DNA of 64,000 nucleotides from Octopus sinensis (lineage: Eukaryota). Below, piece by piece: positions 1-12,574 of this stretch. Both the position numbers and the translations under genes were made by a program. Under the pieces are notes generated by a model that worked only from the letters and a program-made list of their open reading frames with translations, did no database searches and was not told the DNA's origin. The DNA is taken from assembly GCF_006345805.1 (NCBI RefSeq), contig NC_042998.1, positions 86,242,001 to 86,306,000 on the forward strand, written 5' to 3'. The number at the start of each line of letters is the position of its first letter. The stretch's first letter is position 1.

Positions 1-692
1 ACATATAATGAAAAGAAATATAACAAGTAACTGCAGAGTATGTGGAGATGGACAAGAAACAATAAATCATATTATCTCTGGCTACCCAGTCCTGGCTAAG
101 AAGGAATATATTCACAGACATGACAGAGTTGGGACCTACATACACTGGAAGCTATGCCAACATTATGGAATAACAACAGAAAAAAGATGGTATAGGCACA
201 CACCAGAAAAGGTCACAGAAAACGAGAAAGCAACCATACTCTGGGATATGCCAATACACACAGATAGAGAAATTAAGGCCAACAGACCAGATATAGTTGT
301 CAGAGATCATGAAAAAAAATACTTTCTAATTGATGTATTAATACCAGCAGATGACGTGTCTCTAAAAGAAATGGAGAAACTTTCAAAATACAAAGACCTG
401 GACATAGAGGTAACTATAATGTGGAATCTGAAAACAGAAACAATTCCTATCAAAGTAGATGCATTAGGCATGATAAAAAAATGTTAAGACAAATACATAA
501 CAAAAACACCAGGACTTACAAACACATATAACATACAGAAAATTGCACTATTAGGCACTGCACACATCCTACGCAGAACACTTTCAATACAGTAACCATC
601 AGAGCATCACAACAAATCACAGCACATACCCAAGGCACACAGAGCTGTGCTTGGTAGTGAAGTGAAAGCACGCTATAAAAATAAAACTACTA

Positions 693-732
<40 letters not shown>
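1..732 (+). mobile_element. 3' end of R4/Dong-like non-LTR retrotransposon (RLE endonuclease), degraded, ending in (TAA)n
   Basis: ORF 8-487 has a CCHC-type knuckle (CRVCGDGQETINHIISG), RHD, and a PD..D-type nuclease motif (RPDIVVRD...LIDV). The C-terminus continues after a stop (QKIALLGTAHILRRTL). A (TAA)n tail lies at ~691-732. Confidence 0.9.
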
Positions 733-736
<4 letters not shown>

Positions 737-973
737 GTGACAACAAAAGAATGAGACCTTGATATTTGATAAATAGAGGATTATTTAATGACAACTTACT
801 GTTTGTTCTTAATTATAATATATGTGTGTGTGTGTGTATAATATATATATATATATATATATTCAGATAAGGAAATAATAATAATAAAAAGTGACAACAA
901 AAGAATGAGACCTCGATATTAGATAAATAGAGGCTTGTTTTATGACAACTTACTGTTTGTTCTAAATTATAAC
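733..973. repeat. Local direct duplication, two ~90-bp copies each preceded by (AAT)n
   Basis: aaaagtgacaacaaaagaatgagacc...cttactgtttgtt occurs at ~733-821 and ~887-973. Confidence 0.85.
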
Positions 974-1000
974 ATATACAGTATATATATATATATAAAG

Positions 1001-1686
1001 AAACAAGAAAAGCACTCAGAGAGCACAGATCTCTGCCAAGCAACTCATTTCCACCCATATAGACGCATGCTGAAAATCGCCCAATTTTCCAAACCAACGC
1101 CGACAAAAACATAGCCTCCTTGGTGGGGTTAAAAAAAAAAAATAACACACCCATATAATTTTTTAAAAAACCTTTAAAAACGAGAATCATCTGAAGCAGT
1201 CATAATACAGCAATGACAACAGCAAGCTCACAGCGGTGGTGGAGGGAGCAAAGCCTGAGCTTTTTGATTTGATCGCAATAGTTAAGGCTTGTCATGTCAT
1301 CCTCCGCAGACCTCCACCAAGCAGCTCATTTTAAGATAGATACGCAAGTAAAATTACTAATAGAGAAACAAAATAAACTTTGGAAACAGCAACGCCACCA
1401 TAGGTTATGTGGAAACGATGAACGTGTTTTCAATGGAGATAATCAAAGAATGTAACATTGTAATACTTCATGTAAAGTAAATATAACAAATGAAAAATCC
1501 TTCCCATATCACTACCAAAGTTTCATCATCTGTTCATTGTGTCATTACCAACTTTTTCTGCAAGTTTCATCAAATACTGTTCACAACTTTTTGAGTTATT
1601 TTGCACACACACAGACAGACAGAGGGACAGACAGACAAACCAACACTAATGAAAACATAACCTCCTTCCTTGGCGGAGATAATAAT
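1001..1686 (+). mobile_element. Non-autonomous Helentron/HINE-like element
   Basis: The 5' ctctgccaag is complementary to the 3' cttggcggag. The 3' end aaaacataacctcc...ttggcggag forms a hairpin and is preceded by a (CAGA)n tract. A second 3'-end-like motif sits at ~1105-1130. Confidence 0.6.
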
Positions 1687-1721
1687 CTTATTCTCAAGCA
1701 AGATAATGTTAATAATATGGA

Positions 1722-1984
1722 ATGAACAGGATAACTTATCTATATTTTGCAGAAAAATCTGTTGGCGGCCAGCCATGAGACTTGAACTCACATCCCTGTG
1801 ATTATGCGTCAAGTGCTTTTAAAGTTAGATTTATTTATTCTAAATTTGGAGAAGAATTTGTTGTTCAGGCAGTTTAGCTTAATGGTAAAGCACTTGACAT
1901 GTAATCACAGGGATGTGAGTTCAAGTCTCATGGCTGGCTGCCGACAGATTTTTCTGCAAAATATGGATAGTTTATCCTGTTCAT
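1722..1984. repeat. Inverted repeat, ~97-bp arms, built from the tRNA-like element
   Basis: 1722-1820 is the reverse complement of ~1887-1984 with few mismatches. Confidence 0.9.
1868..1939 (+). pseudogene. tRNA-Thr(TGT)-like sequence (tRNA pseudogene or SINE head)
   Basis: GGCAGTT-TA-GCTTAATGGTAAAGC-A-CTTGA-CATGTAA-TCACA-GGGAT-GTGAG-TTCAAGT-CTCAT-GGCTGGC. The D-arm, T-arm and A/B boxes are recognisable; the anticodon stem is imperfect. Confidence 0.65.
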
Positions 1985-1985
1985 G

Positions 1986-2212
1986 CATTAGCATTATCCT
2001 GCATTTGAGAATAAAATTATTTCCTTATCTGTATCTTTCAATATATCTCAACGCTTCTAAAGCAAACTTTGTTTGTTGACTTTCAACATAAGTTGAATTT
2101 AAGATATATATGCTATTCAGCATTGTTATTATGTGTTTGAGAATAAAATACTTCCATATTTATATCTTTCAATACATCTCAATGCTTCTAAAAAAAAGCA
2201 AACTTTATTTGC
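1986..2212. repeat. Diverged direct duplication, ~95-bp unit
   Basis: tttgagaataaaa...tatctttcaata.atctcaa.gcttctaaa...gcaaacttt occurs twice (~1986-2078 and ~2115-2212). Confidence 0.75.
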
Positions 2213-2477
2213 ATACATTGTAATTTTATATATACACATATGTATATACACATACACACAAATGTGTGTGTGTTGTGTATGGAGAGAGTCATATTGTTGT
2301 AATGTCTTATTACCTAACACACTCACCAGTTCGATTTCCACTCATTTATTATTTATATATTTTCTTTCAAAATTTTCGTTGCTTTTGCAACCTTTTCAAT
2401 GAATGTTGACTCTGTCCATTATTGGAGTTGTGTTCTTATTTCCACAATATGTCTAGATCAGAGATAGAGAACCTGCA

Positions 2478-2529
2478 GCCTTCTGGGTCAACAAGTGCGG
2501 CCTTCTGGGTCAACAAGTGCGGCCTTCTG
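2478..2529. repeat. 22-bp tandem repeat, ~2.4 copies
   Basis: gccttctgggtcaacaagtgcg starts at 2478 and 2500, with a partial copy at 2522. Confidence 0.9.
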
Positions 2530-2607
2530 CAGCCTTTGACGTAAATGCTAATATATATTTTTTAAGACCTTGATTTTTTTTGTCTATAGTTTTTATGCAT
2601 AATTTAC

Positions 2608-2655
<48 letters not shown>

Positions 2656-2749
2656 GATGAGAGGAAAAATAACTCTGTTCAGTGATGTCACTCCCAGAAA
2701 TTGGAAGCATTTTTCTATGAACTTAATGAATATAAACTTAAAGCAACAT

Positions 2750-5110
2750 GACTATATGGGCAACATTTCCTTGCCATTCATGCCAGCCTAGTGGAAGTGA
2801 GTGACTTCATGCATGATACATGCAGAGTTCTTGTTTTGTCTACCTCCTCACTGTGGTCCGCGCTACATGCTACTCAGTTAACTGTAGTTGTGACTGAATT
2901 CATGTGAGATTGTAAGTCTAAGTTAGTTATAGCTTCATTTGAAAGATGATATTTATTCTTGAATGGTAGTGACAATTGCCAAATTCAAGACCAAAAATAT
3001 GGTTTTGGATGCAAGTTTATTGTATCTTTTGTGAGATTGTTTTTTTTTCTTGGTCAGTGTGCAGCCAGCTTTACCAATTCATTATCATCATTTTATTTTT
3101 TATTGGTATTCCAAAAAAAAAACAATTTTCAACCCATAAGTATGTTGAAGAGATTGAAACAAACTTTGAAAGACGAAAATAGGATCTTCAATGAAGAATG
3201 GGAATTACAATATTTTTTAGTGAATGGGCAAAATGTCTTCTCTGCTTTGTGATACCGCAATTGTAATGGTTAAGAAATCCAATGCACAGCAGTATTATGC
3301 TCTTCATAAAGATAATAAATATGCCAAATTAGAGGTTGAGTTTCGAAAGATAACATTGTAGAAACTGAAAGATGGAAAACAAAAGCAAAGACAATTTTTC
3401 CTCTTTGTGTTACATCAAGGGAATGGTGTGACAGAAGCCAGCTATAAAGTTGCATATTTGCTTGGAGAAAAAGGTAAACCATTCTTCAATTCAGAACTCA
3501 TGAAAGAATGTATTTTAGAAGTGGTAAGATCTATAGATCCAGATAAAGTTAACAAATATAAGGAGGTGCCTCTTTCAAGAAAAACTAATACAGATGGACA
3601 GCATGAATTAGCATGCGATGTAACAGAGCAGCTGAAAAATATAATCCAAAAAGAAAATGCATATTGCTCTGTAGCTTTGGATGAGTCGACAGATTCAGCA
3701 CAGGTATTGTATCTTATTCATGCTTTAACTGATGATTTTCAATTTTAGGAAGAATTTCTTGCTTTAGACACCCTTAAAGAAAGATGCAGAGGATAGATAT
3801 TTTTAACAACTTCAAAGAGCAATGCCACAAAGTAGGACTAAATATTTGTAATTTGGTAAGTGTGTGCACAGATGGTGCTCCAGCTATGATGGCTAAGAAT
3901 GAAGGATTTATTGCGCATCTTAAAAGAGAAACCAAAGAATCCAAGTAAACTGATTTCTTTTCATTGTATTTTACATCAGCAAAATCTCTGCACAAAATCT
4001 ACCATTTTAAATGACCCTTTACATAAGGTTATAAGTATTGTAAACTATATTCGAGCAAATGCCACAGAGCATTGTCATGCTGATGATGGATGATGAAGTA
4101 ATTGCTGTAGATTTGCCTTATCACTCAAAAGTACGCTGGCTGTCACAAGCGAAAGTATTGGTCAAAATTGTATCTTTACAAAAGCAAATAATTGACTTTT
4201 TCAATGGAAACAACAAACATTGGGATTTATCAAATCCAAACTTTTACAGAGATGTTGCATTTTCATGTGATGTTATATCAAAACAGAGTTAAACATTTCA
4301 TTGCAAGGCAGAAAATTCAGGCATTTAGAAAAAAGTTGTTGTTTTTCAAGTCTCTTTCGGCTAAATCAAAACTTTCAGAGGAACACTTTCCCTAGTTTAC
4401 AAAGGTAATGAGTGAAAATGAAGATATCTCTCGATCTTATAAAGAATACAAGCTAGTTTTAGACTCATTAGTAGAAGTATACAACAAAAGATTCAGGGAT
4501 TTTGAAAATCATAATATCACTCTGAAACTTGCTTTTCAACCTCACTTAGTTGATGTAGCAAAAGCCCCTGAAGAGTTACAAATGGAGCTTATTAAAATGT
4601 CTGAAGATAATATCCTGAAATCTCAGTTTGACAACAAGGACGATCCCATTGAAATTGGGCAAAAGGCAATAGAATATCCTCGTTTCCATGAACATGCACG
4701 CTGACTGATCTCCTGCTTTTCTACAACATACTGTTGCAAATCAACATTCTCGTACTTGACACAAATAAAGAATTCACTGAGAACAAGTTGACAGATGAGC
4801 ATTTAGAGCACCAGTTGATACTAAGAACCATTATGTTAGAACCTGATATCAAAATACTTTCTCAAAAAAAGCAAACTCAAAGAAGTCATTAATTTGAATA
4901 ACGAGTAAATACATGCCTAAAAGAAATATTTCAAAATTTCATATTCTCGGTGTTTATAAGCTTGACTTTTTTTAAAAAGATTCATTTACTTATTCAAAAA
5001 AAAGTTCCTACTTCAGTAAAATATTTGAAAATGTCATATTTCCAATTTTTATTCATCTGCCTTTTTTTATGACCTTACTAGTAAATTACTTTGTGGCCTA
5101 AGCCTAGGGA
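2750..5110 (+). mobile_element. Degraded hAT transposon, Charlie/SPIN (GTF2IRD2/EPM2AIP1-like) transposase
   Basis: ORF fragments: KDENRIFNEEWELQYF; SVALDESTD; VCTDGAPAM; FHCILHQ; VRWLS; FENHNITLKLAFQP. Many stops and frameshifts. Ends are approximate. Confidence 0.9.
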
Positions 5111-5146
5111 TAAAATGACAAAAAAAATATTTGTTTAATGAGGCTT

Positions 5147-5548
5147 CTATGAGAGGCGATGAATAGTAGGGTGGCCTTCATGAATAAAATGGTTCCCCAT
5201 CCCTGGTCTAGATGTTTCTTCAATGTATGCTGTGTTCTTGTCTTTACAAGCACCCTCAATGCACTTTATGCTGTCAACTACATTTCTAGTTCTACAGTTT
5301 ATGCCAGGGTTAAACTTACATTCTGTGCAGTTTTCAATAGTGCATGTGGTATTTTCGAATGGGTATGTCCTAAACAGCTGCAATCTGATGGAGCTCCCTG
5401 GCTTTTCAGAGATCATAATCTTGAGTTTGGTCACCTTCAGGGCTTTCCTAAATCTACGGGCTAGCTCTCCATGGGGTGTTGCCTCTACAAACATCAGTCC
5501 TAGATATTTTCCAGCCCTGTAACATGTGTTTACTTTGTTTTGCCACAA
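5147..5548 (-). mobile_element. Penelope-like element fragment (Cys-rich linker plus GIY-YIG)
   Basis: MFVEATPHGELARRFRK...CTIENCTEC...CRTRNVVDSIKC...YIEETSR is homologous to the ORF at 24069-25268. Confidence 0.85.
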
Positions 5549-6039
5549 ACTCTTTGTATATTATATATATTATGTGGTAGTGCTTTAGCAAGTAGAAAAG
5601 TAGTTAATTAGCTAAGTGTGTAAAGATAATGTTATAATAAAGAAAAAAAACCCACAAATCTTGTTAGATACAGCTACCCTGGGTTTCCTAGTCGAAATAA
5701 TTAATATATTTCACCATTTTCATGTTGAGAACATGAGCATTTGTCAGTTGTTTTTTCAAACAGATAATATACCTAAGAAGTTGATAAGTCAGAAAAAGAA
5801 AGATCTGGAAGCTTAAGGATCCTTTAATTGGTCAAAGATTAAGGGATACCTTATGTAGCACCAGTACCCTGCAAGGTTAAGAATGCTCAGCTGGAGAGGA
5901 TACACACCCGTGTGCGTGCAAAGTTATTATGCCACTATTAATCCTCCTCAATAAAGCCCCAATTTATTATATGAAAAATTCAGATTTGTCCAGACACGAA
6001 ATAAATATAATACTTGGGGCGTGAACCCCTTTGTAGATT

Positions 6040-6520
6040 TTGATGGAGAATGCTTTTGATATAGTGATGGGATCATCCAACTTTGTGCAGGTCATTGACT
6101 TTGTCAGAATATATATCATTAATCCATGTCTTCCTTTCTGGATTAATCCAGTCTTCCTTTCTGGAAATAACAGGGGGTCTATATATGTATGACACCCTAT
6201 TCTTTCAGGACAGAATTAGAAAAGTACAATTAGAAAGGCACAAGAAGCATTTCTTTAGACTTTTTAAGAATTTAGGACTCAACATTAATATGGGAAAGGA
6301 TTATTGTAGAATAAATTTCCTTGACGCTACCTTCTGTCTTGATACTGGATTATTTGAACCATTTCATAAGCCAAATGATAATATCAAGTATATAACTGTA
6401 TGATTCAATCACCCACCTTCGATAATACATGGATTAGTTAAGAAAATTTCTACGAGAATTTCTAGATTATCTGCTAATAAAAACATTTTTGAATCACATG
6501 TACCTTATTATAATACTGTG
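6040..6520 (+). mobile_element. Penelope-like RT/thumb fragment
   Basis: INFLDATFCLDTGLFEPFHKPNDNIKYI followed by (S)NHPPSII..LVKKISTRISRLS, a typical PLE thumb region. Confidence 0.8.
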
Positions 6521-6544
6521 AGAAAATTCAATATATACAAGACA

Positions 6545-6790
6545 CACCAGCATCAGGTGTCAAGCGACGTTGGGGGAGGGGGTGACAAACAAAGACAGAA
6601 ACACACACACACATATACATATATACGACGATCTTCTTTCGGTTTCCACCTACCAAATCCACTCACAAGGCTTTGGCCGGCCAGAGGCTGTAGTACAAGA
6701 CACTTGCCCAAGGAGCCATGCAGTGGGACTGAACCCAGAACCATGTGGTTGGTAAGCAAGCTACTTACCACACAGCCACTCCTGCGCCTA
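6545..6790 (-). mobile_element. tRNA-derived SINE (octopus-type)
   Basis: Minus strand reads taggcgcaggagtggctgtgtggtaagtagcttgcttaccaaccacatggttctgggttcagtccc (A/B boxes). A near-identical copy is at 53405-53801. Confidence 0.85.
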
Positions 6791-6808
6791 TATATATATA
6801 TATATATA

Positions 6809-7404
6809 CTAGCAGCATAGCCCGGTGTTGCCCGTGTATATAAGAGCCCCTAGTAGGCAACGAGTAATCCCAATCTAGTCCTTTCCCTCTAGGGAACGAA
6901 GGCGCATGTGTAGGTTGCAATGTCTTCTCTTCACTCCCAAATAACTATCAAACAGCTATCGATAATTCAACCCAACCATTTCCTACTAGGAAGAAATTAC
7001 ATTCGAGACTTTACCCCCACTTCTGCTAATAGCTGCTGCAGCCACAAGTTATTCGAATACTTTTTTTGTTTAAACTTTCTTTATAACTACCACCCCAAAC
7101 GTTTTACCTTGAATTTTTTGACGTACCCTAAGGGTCCTCAGACGCTACTTGCAAACTCTTGGTTTATTATAAACCGCTTTTGTCGTGTGCACCAAAAAAC
7201 CTTTTCCATTCGTTTGTTCAGTTTGGTCACTTTTGACTTTTTCGTTGTTGTCACTCACATTGCTGCCCGCTTTTTTGCCGTTTTTCTACATTTTTATACA
7301 TTTTGGGATACTTACCCCACGTGTTCCGAGAGTTAAAAAGGTCGAGTTGAGTCCCCTAGACAGTCTGTGGTTTGTATTTAATACACAAATTGGTTATATA
7401 TATA
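6809..7404 (+). mobile_element. Helitron-like non-autonomous element
   Basis: The 5' end ctagcagcatagcccggtgttgcccg matches the 5' end at 54735. It sits in (TA)n. Confidence 0.55.
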
Positions 7405-7634
7405 TATAAATAGGAAAAAAGCAACAAGAATGGATCAATATTTCGGTACAATTGTTTCGTACGAAGACATCTTTATTAAGGCTACAAGATTTGCAGTAAA
7501 TATAAGTGACCCGTACTCGTATATTTGTGAACCGTATATTTACTGCAATTCTTGTACCCTTAATAAAGATGTCTTCGTACGAAACAATTGTACCGAAATA
7601 TTGATCCATTCTTGTTGCTTTTTTCCTATTTATA
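7405..7634. repeat. Near-perfect 230-bp palindrome (MITE-like foldback)
   Basis: ~100-bp arms with about 2 mismatches and a ~30-nt spacer. The same peptide (MDQYFGTIVSYEDIFIK) is read on both strands in the ORF track. Confidence 0.95.
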
Positions 7635-8623
7635 ATCACCCCGCATTGTCGTATGGTTGACACCATATAGATTTCTGGTGCATCCAAGTTAAGTACCATA
7701 TTCATGTAAATTCAACAGAACTCACTTGAATCTTAATTGCTTATGTATATATATATATATATATATATACACTAATGGGACCTGTGGAAATTCCATGCAA
7801 TAGAAAAAAATAAAGAGGACCTATTTAAGAAAGAAAGGAGGGTTTGCATTTTTATAACATTCATAGTCTAGCTTTCTTTAAATATTCTTTATGTTCATCT
7901 ACATTCATTTCTTCACGTCTTTGTCAATGTTGTATTTTCCTCTTTTTATTACGTTTTCTTGCTGTTCCTCTCTGATCCGTGCTCTATATCTGCACATCTT
8001 TTCTCGGGCAGCTTGCAACCATGATTCTTGTGAATCCAGAGTTCAAATTAAATTAACCCTTATAAATAAATATTCATTTTTTAAGCAAGCAGATGCTAAA
8101 TAATTTCACATATGCATTAAGCAATGGTTACTATAAAAAAATTAGGTCAATAAAAAATATCTTTCACTATCAACACACCACCACCACTACTATCTGCCAC
8201 CCTCTCTCTCTCACTTTCTCTCTCTCTCTCTTTTAATATAATGCCTCCCCAGACCATCTCCCTCTATCAGCCTTTCTCTTCAGCTAACTTTTTAACCACT
8301 TAATAAGTATTCCTTCCCCATGTTGTTAACACACCTCTCTCTCCTTCTTTTTCTCTCGTCATCTTTTTCTCTCATTCTTTGCCTCTACCTTCAGCTGATC
8401 ACGTGATGCATTTGGCCTAAGTGTATTAATATTAATCACGTTTCTCCATTTCTTCTCCTCTTCTTTCTTCACTCCTCCCCCCTCTCTCACTCTCTAATTC
8501 TTACTCCACCTCTCTAACTAACTAATGTGTAAAGGGTGAGTAAACAAGCAGATTATCATTATTATTATGATTATTATTATTATATACATATATACATACA
8601 TACATACATACATAAATACATAC

Positions 8624-8692
<69 letters not shown>

Positions 8693-8719
8693 CAGGCCTC
8701 AAAGATTCCAAGAAGCAGA

Positions 8720-11135
8720 CAAGTCTAGAAAAGGATTTGGAATCTTAAGGGTCCATTAAATAATCAGACACATTAGGGACACTCAAACTGAGAAATTTGA
8801 GGAGGAGGTATTACTAACTTGTAACATAGAGGGCACCTAGAAATTACTATGGAACAACTTACTGAGTGAAACAAACCAAATCTGTGGCTGGTGCAAATCC
8901 CAACCAGATGTAAGTAGTGGAATGATGTTGTAGATAAGGCCATTAGAGTGAAGAAACAGGCCCGGAAGGATTGGAATAATGGTAGTAGAAGAGAACTATA
9001 TCAGGTAGCTAGGAGGGAGGCTAGAAGACAGGTATACTTAGCCAGAGGAGAAGCAGAAAGGAGGAAGTTTGCCCGTGTTCTATGGTATGAGGACCAAAGG
9101 CTTGAGGTTTTTGGTTTACAAGACAGTGCGTTCGCATGGATGATAGCTCACTCGCAATTAGTGATCCTGCAAAGAAGGAGGCTTGGAAGTGCCACTATGA
9201 AAAGTTGCTAAATGTAAAAATGCATGGGAGAAGGAAAGCCTGCCTAATGTGAACCAAACAGAGGGGCTGGCTATCAGATTTGACAGTAGCTTAGTTGATA
9301 AAGCAATTGAAAATAGGAAGACAAGGTAAGCCCCTGGCCTACCTGGAATCACCACTGAGATGAATGTCAAAAGTATTTGGTGGCGTGAGATATGACCTAT
9401 TCACCTGTATAGTTAATGAGGTTGTCCAGAAGGGAGCCATACCCAATGATTAATGTTGTAGCATTATAGTCAACTGCTACAAAAGCAAAAGTGATACCAT
9501 AGACAGAACTAATTACTGAGGCATCAAATTACTGGACTAAGTAATGAACGTTACAGAGAGGATCATAGCTCAATTAATTAGGAAGACAGTTAGATGTAGA
9601 TAAGATACAGTTTGGATATGTGCCAGGCAAAAGCATCACTGATGCTATCTTCCTGATGAAGCAACTGGAGAAGTACTTGGCCAAAACTAAACCTCTGTAT
9701 CAGGCTTTTGTTGACATGGAAAAAGACTCTAACAGGGTCTCCCACTCCCTTATCCGGTGGGCAATGCAGAGGCTAGGGATTGATGAGTAGTAGATGATAT
9801 CCATACAAACCATGTACAAGGGTGCTATCAGTAAGGTGAAAGTCACCAATGAGTATAGCAAGAAATTTAGTGTACAAGTATGAGTCCACTAGGGATTGGT
9901 TCTTAAAGCCCTCTTGTTTATCATAGTCCTCCCAAGCTACAACAGAAGAATTCAAGGTGGGCTGCCCTTGGGAGTTCCTCTATGCTGATGACCTTGTTCT
10001 TATTACTGAATCCCTACCAGAACTAGAGAGGTTTCAGGTTTGGAAGCACAAACTGAAGTCAAAGGGCCTTAGGATTAATTTAGCAAAGAGTAAAGCCCTA
10101 ATAGGTAGGTAAACAGACAAATCACAAATCCCTTCAAGGAGACGGCCCTCCTAGATATGTAGAAAAGATATAGGTGGAAACTCTATAAGGTATACCAAGT
10201 GCACACTATGGATACAAAAGAGGTGCAACAGTATCAGAGGAAGTTTAACAGAGGAAGTAGTTTTGGGTGTGGCAGATGTATATCTACAATAAACACTAGA
10301 AATGTACTGAAAATATACTTCATCAAATACCTGTAGAGATACTTAAAAGTAGTTAATAGCTTCTGTTACCCAGGTGACCAAGTCAGCAATTGATGTGGAT
10401 ACCCTGAAAGTGTAGATGCTAAAATACAAATGGGCTAGACAAAGTTCAGAGAACTAATTTTGTTGATAATAAAGGGCCTCTCCTCAATAATGAAGTACAG
10501 ATTGTATGATGCCTGTGTGTGATCAGCCATGCTACATGGTAGTGAAACATAGGCCATAACTGCAGAGGAGATGTGAAGGCTTGAAAGAAATAAAGCTAGT
10601 ATGCTTCACTAGATGTGCAATGTTAGTGTGCATGTATAAGAGAATGTAAGACTCTTAAGACAAACATAGGGTATAAGGGGCATCAGATGTAGTGTGCAAA
10701 AGTGAAGATTGTGCAGGTATGGTCATGTGATGTGGACGCAGACAGCTGCATAAATAAATACTGATCTCTAGCATTGGAGAAAAACTGTGGAGGAGGTAGA
10801 TCCAGGAAGAAGTGGGACATGGTTATGAAATATGGTCTGCAGATGTTAAGTCTCATGGAGGTGATGACAAGTGACTAAAACTTTTGGTGATTTGCTGTGC
10901 TTGAGAAGGCACGTCAAGCTAAGTAACACGTGAAAGGGTCATGCTGGTGACACTTGTGCTTGTAGCATATAAATGACACTCAGTACATTCAGTGGAGTGA
11001 TTGGCATTAGGAAAGACATCCATCTGTAGAAACAAGCCAAAACAGACTGAAGCCTGGTGCAGCTCTCCAAACAGCTCCAGTCAAACCATTTTACCTATGC
11101 TAGCATGAAAAACGGACACTAACTGATGATGATAT
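8720..11135 (+). mobile_element. RTE-clade LINE, 5'-truncated and heavily degraded, with (GAT)n tail
   Basis: YQVARREARRQVYLARGE linker; QFGYVPGKSITDAIF; AFVDMEK; GCPWEFLYADDLVL; MLHGSET; 3' end ...aacggacactaactgatgatgat. Confidence 0.9.
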
Positions 11136-11267
11136 GATGGCAGTTTTTCCTTGTCTGAAGTTCATGTGGAAGAGTGGTGATATAGACTGAACCTTCGCAC
11201 CACAAATCTTTTCTCATATCCTGAACTTAGTAGTGTGAGTCACTCCACACATTCTGATTGTACTCTC

Positions 11268-11310
<43 letters not shown>

Positions 11311-11988
11311 CATGCATGCATGTGTGTGTGTATGTGTGTGCATGCATGTGTGTGTGTGTGAATACTTCAGTGTTTTTTATCATTGACTGATTGTTTATAT
11401 GTGCTTAAATACATATTTAGACAGATCTGTAAGTGTGTACATATCAGAACAAAGGTTATTTCAATAGCTGAGTGTTGATATAAACAAAGATAGGTGAAAA
11501 TAGTTATAAATCACTAGATTGGAATGTAGAAAGATCTAAAGGAAAGTTAGATAAACCTGTTTAAGATAAATTGTAACACAATGGTTGAATTGTCCTTAAA
11601 CAGGATATGTTTTCTTATTTCACCAGCATACTCATGTGATAAAAAATGCTAACAGTTTCATTAATGATAGAAAATGGCTATTCAATACAATGGAAGAAAC
11701 CATTGATAAATGTCAGCAATCTAGTAAATATATATGTATATACACACAATTGAAGCACTTGAAAAATCAGATACAGTTGTAATATCTTGGTGGAAAATAT
11801 TGTCCAGACCCCCACTCCCTTATCTGGTGAACAATGTAGAAAACTAGGGATAGATGAGTGGTTGGTGAGAGCTGGTGTTGGCTAATTCCACCTGTCATCA
11901 TATATTTACCATAGAAATCTATGGATGATTTAGCAGAATGCTAATGCATATACAAAAAATTAATATAAGCAGTTGGATGCAAAATAAT

Positions 11989-12128
11989 GAAACCTCCCCA
12001 TGACTGAATCAAGAATCTCTCAGACTAGACATCTCATTTTGGGTGACTATCACTGATGAAGTGTGCAGTAATATGTGAAACAAGACATCTAGTCTGAGAG
12101 ATTGTTGATTTGGTCATGGGGAGGTTTC
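11989..12128 (+). ncRNA. Hammerhead-ribozyme-like core inside a ~52-bp inverted repeat
   Basis: CTGATGA(A) at 12053, helix II gtgtg/tatgt, GAAAC at 12077. It is flanked by an inverted repeat (arms 11989-12041 and 12076-12128). Helix I is imperfect. Confidence 0.5.
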
Positions 12129-12237
12129 TTCCCTATCAGCGTGTGTGTATACATTTGTGCCCTTCCTACTGCACAAGGAGTATTTTACTCCTATTTCTAG
12201 CAATGTAAGTATCTCAGCACCCTTAGTCACATTTAGT

Positions 12238-12534
12238 ATACATAAATACATACATACATACATACATACATACATACATACATACATACATACATACATA
12301 CATTCATACATACATACATACATTCATACATACATACATACATTCATTCATTCATACATACATGCATACATACATACATACATACATACATACATACATA
12401 CATACATACATGCATTCATACATACATGCATACATACATACATACATACATACATTCATTCATACATACATGCATACATACATACATACATACATACATA
12501 CATACATACATACATACATACATACATACATACA

Positions 12535-12565
<31 letters not shown>
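12238..12565. repeat. (TACA)n microsatellite
   Basis: Direct inspection. Confidence 0.99.
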
Positions 12566-12574
12566 TAGCTGCCC

